Source: Mobula hypostoma (Eukaryota). From it: 64,000 nucleotides of DNA. The DNA is taken from assembly GCF_963921235.1 (NCBI RefSeq), contig NC_086097.1, positions 43,464,001-43,528,000 on the forward strand, read 5' to 3'. Of this stretch, positions 1 to 10,297 are shown one piece after another (the stretch's first letter is position 1; each line of letters opens with the position of its first letter). The notes below the pieces were generated by a model that saw nothing but the letters and a program-made list of their open reading frames with translations, searched no databases and was not told the DNA's origin. A program made the translations under genes and the position numbers.

Positions 1-730
1 AAAGAAAAACATGGAGCTCTGAAATAAAACCATCTTAGAAGACTATATGATTCCAGCATGAGAGATAACAATAGAACTCAAGAAGATAGTACAGTGACAA
101 TAGCATGTTCAACAATGTAACAGAATACAAAGTGCAGGCAACACCCAGGGGAAAAGGGTGACTGCATTTGTAGAAAAAAACATATTGTGATTTTCTTTAA
201 TGTCAAAAAACGTGAGTTAGAAATAATTAAATGTGCTGATTCATTTACTTTTTTTTCACGTTCTGTGAAAGTGAATTTTATTCTACAACTCTAATTTTTA
301 TGTAGTGATTTTAAAATTCTGTAATGACAAATTTCCATAAATTGAATGGCTGTAACTCGGAGTAATGCATGGTATAAAACATATTGGTACTCATATTGCA
401 ACAGTTATGTACCCTTTACTATTGAGAAATAAGAAAGAACATTACTTAGAAGTACCCAACACAAATTACAGTTGAATTTGGTCTTCTCACAGTCTCAGGT
501 CTCTGTAGCAGTGAAGGTGTATGTGAAGTCTCACTCATGATGGGATGTCTACTGATATATGGCAAATTTCTTTATTGGGAACGTCACAAAATATCAGAAC
601 AGGGAGATTATGCTGGAATGATATGAACCACCAGTTTGGTCTTAGCTGATGTCACAAAGTACAATTCTGGTCATGAGGATGTTACTGAGATGAATACAAA
701 AGTAGACTGAGGAAAGAAAGAATGGATAGA

Positions 731-855
731 GTGAAGGGTTTTGGCCGGAAACGTCGACTGTACTTCTTCCCTAGTTGCTGCCTGGCCTGCTGAGTTCCTC
801 CAGCATTTTGCATGTGTTGCTTGGATTTCCAGCATCTGCAGGTTTTTCTCTTGTT
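731..855 (+). mobile_element. Penelope-type pseudo-LTR arm
   Basis: Same unit (GAAACGTCGACTG...CCAGCATCTGCAG), with the hammerhead 5' core truncated. Confidence 0.65.
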
Positions 856-929
856 TGTGATAGAGTGAGCATATATTTTTAAAGCAGGTTGTTTGCCATA
901 CTGTAGGGAAAATGTGACTGTAATTGCAA

Positions 930-1355
930 GGGTTCAGAGGAGATTCACCAGGATGTTGCTTGGGATATAACATTTCAGTTTTAAGGACTGAGTGGATATG
1001 CTGAATTTGTTTTCCTTGGAGTAGATGAGGCTGCAGGTGAACCTAAACATAATTATAGGAGACATAGATCAATACTTCTCCCATGGCAGAAGTGTCAAGG
1101 GTGCATAGGTTTAAGATGAGATTTAGAGGGGATTCAAGAAAGCATTTTTTCTTCACCCAGAGATTACTTTAAATATGAAATGCACTGCTTATAAGTGTGG
1201 AGACAGATACTCTTACAACATTTAAGATGCCTCTGGATAAGCACTTAAATCAGCAAGGCAACGTCAACTACAGACCCAGTGCTGGTAAGTGGGATTAGTA
1301 TAAATATGTCAATGATGGCTGTCATAGGCTGAAGAACCTGTTCCTATGCTGAATG
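930..1355 (+). mobile_element. Degenerate CR1 3' fragment
   Basis: CAGAGGAGATTCACCAGGATGTTGC... and other CR1 3' UTR-like motifs. Confidence 0.65.
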
Positions 1356-1459
1356 ACTTTGACTCCAAATTTAAGCTGATAAAATAATGAAAAGGGAAAC
1401 AGAGTAGACAGAATAACCCTACTTCACTTAGTAGAGAGATCACTTTGCCAGGGGTTATA

Positions 1460-1965
1460 AAGTCAGTGGTCACTTTGTTAGGCACCTCCTGTGGTCCTCT
1501 ACTGCAGTAGCCCATTCACTTCAAGGTTGCGGAAGATGGTCTTCTGCACACTGCTGTTGTAATGTGTGATTATTTGTGTTGCTGTCACTTTTCTGTCACC
1601 TTCAGCCAGTCTGGCCATTCTCCTCTGACCTCTCTCATTATTAACGAGGCGTTTTCACACACAGATCATCGGATTTTTTGTTTTGTTTTTTGCATCATTC
1701 TCTGTAAACTTCAGTGAAAGTCGTGCATGAAAGTCCCAGGAAATCAGCAGCTTCTGAGATATTCAAACCACCCTGTCTGGCACAGACAATCGTTCCATGG
1801 TCAAAAGTCACTTAGATTGCATTTCTTCCTCATTCTGATGTTTAGTTTGGGGAGCAACTGAACCTTTTGACCATGCCTGCATGCTTTGAGTTGCTTCCAC
1901 ATGACTGGCTGATTAGATATTTGTATTAACAAGCAGGTATACCTAATAAAATGGCCACTGAGTGT
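1460..1965. mobile_element. Non-autonomous Tc1-like element
   Basis: TIRs TCAGTGGTCACTTTGTTAGG at the left and CCTAATAAAATGGCCACTGAGTGTA at the right. Confidence 0.7.
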
Positions 1966-2995
1966 AGGTTTTAAATAATAAGCAGAAGCATCAGAGGAAA
2001 GAGTAAAAATTATTTCCACCCAGAGATTAATGGGGATCTAGAAATCAATTATTGCAAAGCTAGTAGAAGTATAAGCTATATGTACTTCTGAGAGAAATAT
2101 CATAACCTAGAAAACTACAGAGTAAAAGCTAGCAAAAAGATTGTCTTCATAACTCTTTATAAATCCAGGTAGCCAGAAATGAGGTAAAACCAGTTTTCTG
2201 TGCTATACTTTTCTGAGTTCTTTGAAAGGATATAGAAGATTTGGCGGTCAGGGAAGCACATGCAGCAACTAAGTTTGCATAAAGTAGAAATTCAACTGAT
2301 GGAGTTCAGAGTCAAGGAGGATTGAAAATTAATTGCGGATTACTGCAGAAATTCAACATTTCAGGGTCTACACCATTATCAGCTACATTACCTGGAGGAC
2401 GGTTGCCATCACTCTACTATAATTATCTAATTCAACACCAAGTCAGATTCAACAAATATTTTGTCTATAGTGACCATAAATAAAAAGAAGCTTGCAATGG
2501 TAAAGGGAAGTAGTATAGTGTAAAACAACAATTTAGAAAAGTAATCTGGATGGCAGATTTTAATAAAAATCAAACAGCATGAAGGAAATGTGGATCTGGT
2601 TTAGTACTTTTTCTCCCAGAGGTTATACAAAACAGCAGCAGATGTTTTCAGTATTGGAAGTGATACAAAGATAAGGTTTTAAAAATTGGCCCTAAAACAT
2701 AAACCTGCAGGTGAAATACTGGAAAAGAGTAGATTAAAAACAATATTGAAACTTTTTGTTAAATGTACCCAGGGTGACATACTTCTGAAGTGTAACCAAT
2801 TTTTGGAGACACAAGAGATCGCAGCTGCTAGAATCTGGAGCAAACCAGTGGGTTAGGCAGCATCTGTGGAGAAATAGACAGTCGACATTTCAGGTCAAAG
2901 GTTCAAAAGATTCAAAGTAAATATATTATCAAAGTACATATATGTCACCGTATACTATCCTGAGATTAATATTCTTGTGGGCATTCATAGTAAAT

Positions 2996-3428
2996 TAGTT
3001 AACAAGTTAGGTCTTTATTCTTTGGAGCGTAGAAGGTTGAGAGGGGACTTGATAGAGGTGTTTAAAATTATGAGGGGGATTGATAGAGTTGACGTGGATA
3101 GGCTTTTTCCATTGAGAGTGGGGGAGATTCAAACAAGAGGACATGAGTTGAGAGTTAAAGGGCAAAAGTTTAGGGGTAACATGAGGGGGAACTTCTTTAC
3201 TCAGAGAGTGGTAGCTGTGTCGAACGAGCTTCCAGCAGAAGTGGTTGAGGCAGGTTCGATGTTGTTGTTTAAAGTTAAATTGGATAGACATATGGACAGG
3301 AAGGGAATGGAGGGTTATGGACCAAGTGCAGGTCGGTGGGACTAGGTGAGAGTAGGAGATCGGCACAGACTAGAAGGGCCAAGATGGCCTGTTTCCATGC
3401 TGTAATTGTTATATGGTTATATGGTTAA
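2996..3428 (+). mobile_element. CR1 LINE 3' end with an (ATGGTTAT)n tail
   Basis: ORF 2977 LGLYSLERRRLRGDLIEVFKIMRG... Confidence 0.88.
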
Positions 3429-3729
3429 ATACAAAGAAGCACAATAAAATCAATGGAAAACTGCACACAAGATGGACAAATAACCAATGTGTGAAAGACA
3501 AGTTGTGTAAATACAAAAATTAAAAAATCAAAATAATAATACTAAACAGATAAATAAGTAATAAAGTCCTGAGAAAGGGTCTTGGCCCAAATCGTCGACT
3601 GTTTATTCATTTTCATGGATGCTGCCTGACTTGCTGAGTTCCTCCAGCATTTTGTGTGAGCTGCTTTGAAAACACCAGTTGTAGTGTCCTTGCAAATGAG
3701 TCCATAGCCTGTGGAATTAGTTTAGTGTT

Positions 3730-4740
3730 CGTGTGAGTGAAGCTGTCCACTCTGGTTCAGAAGCCTGATGGATGAAGGGTAATAACTGTTCCTGAATCTG
3801 GTGGTGTGGGACCAAAGGCTCTTGTATTTCTTTGTTTATGTATTTGCACAGCTTGTTGCCTTCTGCATTCTGGCTGAATGCCCTGGTTGGTCTGGTCTTT
3901 CATTGATCCTGTTATGGTTATTATTCTACAGATTTATTGAGTAAGCCCACAAGAAAATAAAACTGTTGTATATGATGGTATATATGTACTTCGATAATAA
4001 TTTTACTTCCTGATGGCAGCAGTGAGAAGACAGAATGCCCTGGATAGTCGGGGTTCTTGATGATAGAAGATGCTTTCCTGTGACACGACAACTTTCTGTA
4101 GGCTTTTCCATTCAAGGGTATTGGTGCTGCCATACCAAGCCATGATTCAACCAGTCAGTATACTCTCAACCGTGCATCTACAGAAATTCCACAAAGTTTT
4201 AGACGAATCTTTGCAAACTCTAAGAAAGTAGAGATGCTGTTGTGTCTGCTTTGCAATGGCACTTACACGCCTTCTGAAATGATAACATTGATGAATTTAA
4301 AGTTACTGACTCTCTCCAGCTCTGATTCTCTGATGCTGACTGGTGGACCTCCAGTTTCCTCTTCCTGCAGCCAATAATCAGCTCTTTGGTTTTGTTCTGG
4401 TTAAGTGAGATGTTGGCACCATTCAGCCAGATTTTCAGACTCCCTCCTATATGTTGATTCGTCACCACCTTCGATTTGGCCAACAACAGTGGTGTAGTCA
4501 GCAAACTTAAGTATGGCATTGGAGCTGTACTTAGCCTCAAAATGATAAGCATAATGCAAGTAGAACAGGGGGCTAAGCAACACAACTTTATGGTGCACCT
4601 GGAGGAGTGGGGATTGTGGAGAATCCAAACAGAGTGGTGTCTACAAGTGAAGAAATCGGGGATTCAGTTCCACAGGAAGTTATTGAGGCCCAGGTCTTGG
4701 AGTTTATTGAATAGTTTTAAAGGGATGGTAGTGTTAATCC
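3730..4740 (-). mobile_element. Rex/L2-type LINE fragments
   Basis: ORF 4401..4628 (LSPLFY....KFADYTTVVG), HPGH.LFSLLPSG-like motif. Confidence 0.7.
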
Positions 4741-5209
4741 CCTCTGGATTGCAAAAATTAAATAGTCTTCCTGTTGGGGGATTGAAACCCTGTCTCCCTT
4801 GTGACAGCTGGGGATGCTAACTTTTGTACTGATGAAAAACCAGTGTACATAAAGTGGATTTCTGGGCTTTTGTCCCAGTAAAATTGATAAGATTTTCTCT
4901 GTGATTGTAGGGCCTTTCAGAGTACATTACAGAGCAGGTTGATGTATTTAAAAAATTCTGAATATTCAGTAACAGCAACAGCTGTTCCTCATTGCTCTTC
5001 ATTTTATGTCAGCAGAATAATTGTCCTTGAACAGTACTGCAAATTCCAGACAGTATATTAAACACTCCCTCAAAATGCAACTTGAAAAATGATGCCAAAT
5101 GAACAAAACAAGCAGTAATTGCACTGACTGATTACCAGAGAGAGAGGGAAGAACAAATTTGTGGACAATAGTTCAGTTATACAGAATAACAGGGAAATAT
5201 TATTTAGCA

Positions 5210-6290
5210 AAGTGGATGTTGACTGTTTGGACTTTATCAAGGCCTTTGACGAGGTCCTGCATGAAAGGTTGGTCTGGAAGGTTAGATGCCATGGAATCCA
5301 GGGACAGCTGGTTAGGTAGATTCAAAGTTGGTTCAGAGGTAGCAAGCAGAGGGTAATGGTTGAAGGTTACTTTTCAGAACAGAGGCCAGTGATGAGTGGA
5401 GTGACACGGGGTTTGGGGCTGGGAATCTTGCTATTTGCTATTTATATAAATAGTTTGGATTTGAATGCACAAGGTTTGATCAGTAAGAGTGCAGATGACA
5501 CACAATTAGGAGATGTTCTTGAGAGTGAAAAAGGGTTATTTCAGATTACAGGGGAATCTTGATCAATTAGAGAAACGTGACGAGCAGTGGCAAATGGATT
5601 TCAATACAATTAAGTATGAGGTGATGCACTTTAGAAAGACAAAGCAGTGCGAGATTTATTCTATGAATGCTAGGGCAATAGGGTGTGTAATTTACAGAGG
5701 GACCTAGGAGTACAGTCGTATACTTTATTGAAAGCAGTGTCATAGTTTTGAAAAAAGTGATTTAGCATGCTGACTTTTAGTTAGGAGATTGAATATAGGA
5801 ATCAGGACATTAAGACTGTACTTGGAAGTACTGTTTACAGTTTTGGTCACCAGATTATAGAAAAGATGTTAAACTGGAAAGAATGCAGGAAAGGTTTACA
5901 TGGATGTTGCCAGGACTAAAGGACATGAGTTACAGGGAGACATTAGCCAGGCTAGGAGAATGAAGAGTGATGTTACATAAGTGTTTAAAATTATGAGATG
6001 GATAGATAAGGGGGATGGTAACAGTCTTATCCCCAGGGTAGGGGAGTCCAAAACCAGGGGGCATAGGTTTAGGAAAGATTTAAAAGAGACTTGAGGGGCA
6101 ATGTTTTCACCCAGAATGTAATGAGAATATAGAATGAGCTGCCAGGGGAAGTGTTGGAGGCAGGTAAAATGATATAGTTTTAAAAGTACTTTGAGGGGTG
6201 GCGTAAAAGCAGGAAATTGGTACCAGCTGTGTGGGCAGCATGGACTCGTTGGACCAAAGAGCCTCTACCTGTGTGTGTTGCTCTGTGGCA
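5210..6290 (+). mobile_element. Degenerate CR1 RT and 3' end
   Basis: DF.KAFD.V, SGV..G..LG.LLF.IYIN, SKSADDT.LG motifs with frameshifts. Confidence 0.8.
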
Positions 6291-7309
6291 GTATTAAACA
6301 GGGACTTCAACTATTCATACCTTGTCAGGAACAGAAAAAGTAAACAGTGAATGGTGTGGAAAATTATTAAAGATATAGTCCAAGAAAATTTTAATCAAAG
6401 GTATGGACAGATTAGTCTCCAAATTTGATTTGAGGATGGATGGTTGAGACAAGATATCTCTTGTAAAAAGGAGATTTGGAGATTTTAATAAATGTGTTAC
6501 ATACAAAATCAAAAGAATTTGTATTATAGAGAGTGAACAGAATGGGCTCCTTTCCCTTGCCTCTTTATGTCTTCCATAAAACTCACCTTGCATATGAATC
6601 ACGTTCTTATTCCCTCTCCTGTTCCACTGAACACCAAGAATCTCTTCTTGACCCCATGTTAGCTGAAATTGTCTCCCCTGGGTGCTCTAACCTTCTGAGA
6701 ACAGTCTTGATAACTCTTTGCAAAAACTCGTTTTAAAGAACTTTTTTTTCCCCTGAAAAAGTCATTACATTTGTAGTTTCTTGAGGCTTTTCTTTCATTG
6801 TCTCTTTGGAATCAAGCTCATGTTGCAACAGTTTTAATTAAAATTATATAACGTTATATTTATGCTGCTATGACAGAAGAAGGAACTGTAGTTAGATCCT
6901 GGGATACATAATCAAGCAGAATACAAAACAGTAGAGGATAATGGTTAATGGTACAGTAATTGTACAAGGTTACTCTAAAACGAATCTCAGGGTTGTATTG
7001 GTGACATTTATGTACTTGGTTAATAAATCTACTTCGAACTTTTAAAAAGTAGCTAGTTTGAAGTACTTATCAGAAGTTCAACTACTGTCTGATGTGCAAC
7101 AGTTGATTTTTTTTAGCTTCAGAAATATCGCATTTATTCAAATTTTTCAAATATATAATGCAGTAATTTACATTAACACAACACATTAACAGATTAGGTT
7201 CTGCAGATACTGGAAATCCAGAATAATATTCAAGACATGCTGGAGGAACTGAGAAGGTAGCGTCCATGGAGAGTGATGAAGAGTGAATGTTTCAGCCTGA
7301 GAACCGCCA

Positions 7310-8360
7310 TACATCAGAGTGCAGAAACCTCGGCCTTCACCCTGCCTCGTGTAGCTGGATCCTGGACTTCCTGTCAGATCGCCAGCAGGTGGTGAGAGTG
7401 GGCTCCCTCACCTCTACCCCTCTGACCCTCAATACAGGAACCCCTCAGGACTGTGTCCTAAGCCCCCTCCTTTACTCTCTGTATACCCATGACTGTGTCG
7501 CCACCCACAGCTCAATCTCCTAATTAAATTTGCTGATGATACTACACTGATTCGCCTAATCTCAGATAATAATGAGGCAGCCTACAGAGAAGAATTCATC
7601 ACCCCGACACAGTGGTGTCAAGAAAACAACCTCTCCCTCAATGTCGCAAAAACAGGGGAACTTGTTGTGGACTACAGGAGGAATGGAGACAGGCTAACCC
7701 CTATTGACATCAATGGATCTGGGGTTGAGAAGGTGAAGTTCCTCAGCATAAACATCACTGAGGATCTCACGTGGTCTGTTCATACCGGCTGTGTGGTGAA
7801 AAAGGCACAACAGTGCCTCTTCCACCTCAGATGTTTGAAGAAGTTTGGTATGGGTTCCCAAAACCTAAGAACTTTCTACAGGGGCACAATTGAGAGTATC
7901 CTGACTGGCTGCATCACTGCCTGGTATGGGAACTGTACTTCCCTCAATCGCAGGACTCTGCAGAGAGTGGTGCGGACAGCCCAGTACATCTGTAGATGTC
8001 AACTTCCCACTATTCAGGATGTTTAAATAGACAGGTGTGTGAAAAGGGCCTAAAGGATCACTGGGGACCTGAGTCACCCCAACAACAAACTGTTCCAGCT
8101 GCTACCTTCCGGGAAACAGTACCACAGCATAAGAGCCAGGACCAACAGACCACAGGACAGCTTCTTCCACCAGGCCATCAGACTGATTAATTCACACTGA
8201 CACAACTGTATTTCTATGTTATACTGACTGTCCTGTTGTACATACTATTTATTATAAACTACTATAAATTGCACATTGCACATTTAGACGGAGATGTAAA
8301 GATTTTTACTCCACATGTAAATGAAGGATGTAAGTAATAAAGTCAATTCAATTCAATTCA
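7310..8360 (+). mobile_element. Rex/L2-type LINE (RT C-terminal half) with a (TCAAT)n tail
   Basis: WILDFLSDR.Q.VR, TGTPQ.CVLSPLLYSLYTHDC, KFADD, YRGTIESILTGCITAWYG. Confidence 0.85.
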
Positions 8361-8436
8361 ACATCCTTTTTAAATGGATTTATTGAACAAAGAATCAGAG
8401 GAATATTTTAAATACTGGTTCTGATCCCTCAAAGGA

Positions 8437-9237
8437 CAATCTGGAACTCAACGTCAGTAAGACGAAGATCTGATTGTGGACTTCAGGAAGGGTAGGGAGA
8501 AGGAACACACACCAATCCTCGTAGAGGGATCAGAAGTGGAGAGAGTGAGCAGTTTCAATTTCCTGGGTATCAGGATCTCTGAGGACCTAACCTGGGCCCA
8601 ACATATTGATGCAGTTATAAAGAGGGCAAGACAGTGGCTACACTTCATTAGGAGTTTGAAGAGATTTGGTATGTCAACAAATACACTCAAAAACTTCTAT
8701 AGTTGTACCGTGGAGAGCTTTCTGACAGGCTGCATCACTGTCTGGTACGGGGGTGGGGGGGGCGATGGTAGTGGGGGGTTACTGCACAGGACCGAAAGAA
8801 GCTGCAGAGGGTTGTAAATCTAGTCAGCTCCATCTTGGGTACTAGCCTACAAAGTACCCAGGACATCTTTAGGGAATGGTGTCTCAGAAAGGCAGCGTCC
8901 ATTATTAATGACCTCCAGTACCCAGGGCATACCCTTTTCTCACTGTTACCATCAAGTAGGAGATACAGAAGCCTGAGGGCACACACTCAGTGATTCAGGA
9001 ACGGCTTCTTCCCCCCGCCATCTGATTCCTAAATAGACATTGAACCCGTGAACACTAACTCACTTGTTAAATATATATTATTTGTTTTTGCACGATTTTT
9101 AATCTATTCAATATGTATACTGTAATTGATTTATTTATGTATTATTTTTTCTCCTATATTATGTATTGCATTGAACTGCTGCTGCTGTTAACAAATTCAC
9201 GACACATGCCGTTGATAATAAACCTGATTCTGATTCT
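8437..9237 (+). mobile_element. Rex/L2-type LINE 3' part with a (CTGATT)n tail
   Basis: ORF 8476 (VERVSSFNFLG..ISEDLTW); same family as 58997-59995. Confidence 0.85.
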
Positions 9238-9646
9238 GTTTATAGAAACTTTGCACGCAGTTATTGAGAACCCATTGTGCTAAATATTCATTATCATTGT
9301 CAAGTTTTGAAATTTAAATTTCTCCACCTCATTTCGATCAAAGAGAGAACTCGGATTCCTCCGAGGGAAACGAAGCAAATTAAGATGGAAGTGGGAACTA
9401 AAAGAGCCCGGTGCTCATTTAAAATAATGGCGATGGCAAGGTGTTTTTGGAGCAAAAATTAATTTTCTGGTCACTTCTAAATCAGTGCTCGGCGTATGTG
9501 GCTCTCCCATTTGCCAGTGGATAGGCCAGGTCACCTCTGATTATCAACGGTTTCCAGGTGGGGTACGTGGAAATTAGTGCCCTCGAGAGTTAAGGTGTTA
9601 GGCGACTGCTGTCGGATGTTTGGTCATTGAAGGAGAATCACCGACC

Positions 9647-10261
9647 ATGCCAGGAAAGAGGAAAAAGAAAAGGCGCCTTCGTTGCTGTGCTCAAGGTAAA
9701 TACAAGATTATTTATCGTGTACATCGAACAATACGGTGATATGCAGTAAGTCAGTAAACGCACAGTAAATGGAACATTGTCGTCGGACTCGAGTTTAAAA
9801 CAAAAGAATACGTGCCGTTTATCTTGAGCAATACACACAAGATGCAGGAGGAACGTAGCAAATCAGTTAGTCCTGACGAAGGGTCTCGGCCTGAAACGTC
9901 GACTGCGCCTCTTCCTAGAGATGCTGCCTGGCCTGCTGCGTTCACCAGCAACTTTTATGTGAGCATCTTAATGAGTCTCAGCCCAAAACGCCGACTGCTC
10001 AGTTCCCTCCATTAATTCTACCCAACTTGCTGAGTTCCTGTCACAAACAAGAGAAAATCTGCACATGTTGGAAATGCATGCGACACACACAAAAAGCTGG
10101 AGGAAATCGGCAGGCCAGTCACCGTCTATGGAGAAGAGTACAGTCGACGTTTCGGGCCGAGAGCTTTCAGCAGGACTTAAGTCGACGTGAAGGGTCACGG
10201 CAGAAATGTTGGCTGTACTCTGTTTCTGTAGGTGCTGCCTGGCCTGCTGAGTTCCTCCAGC

Positions 10262-10297
<36 letters not shown>

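Noticed and set aside
1..700. Possible exon or 3' UTR of a neighbouring gene at the left edge
   Set aside because: No sustained frame or recognisable peptide; cannot be supported from this window
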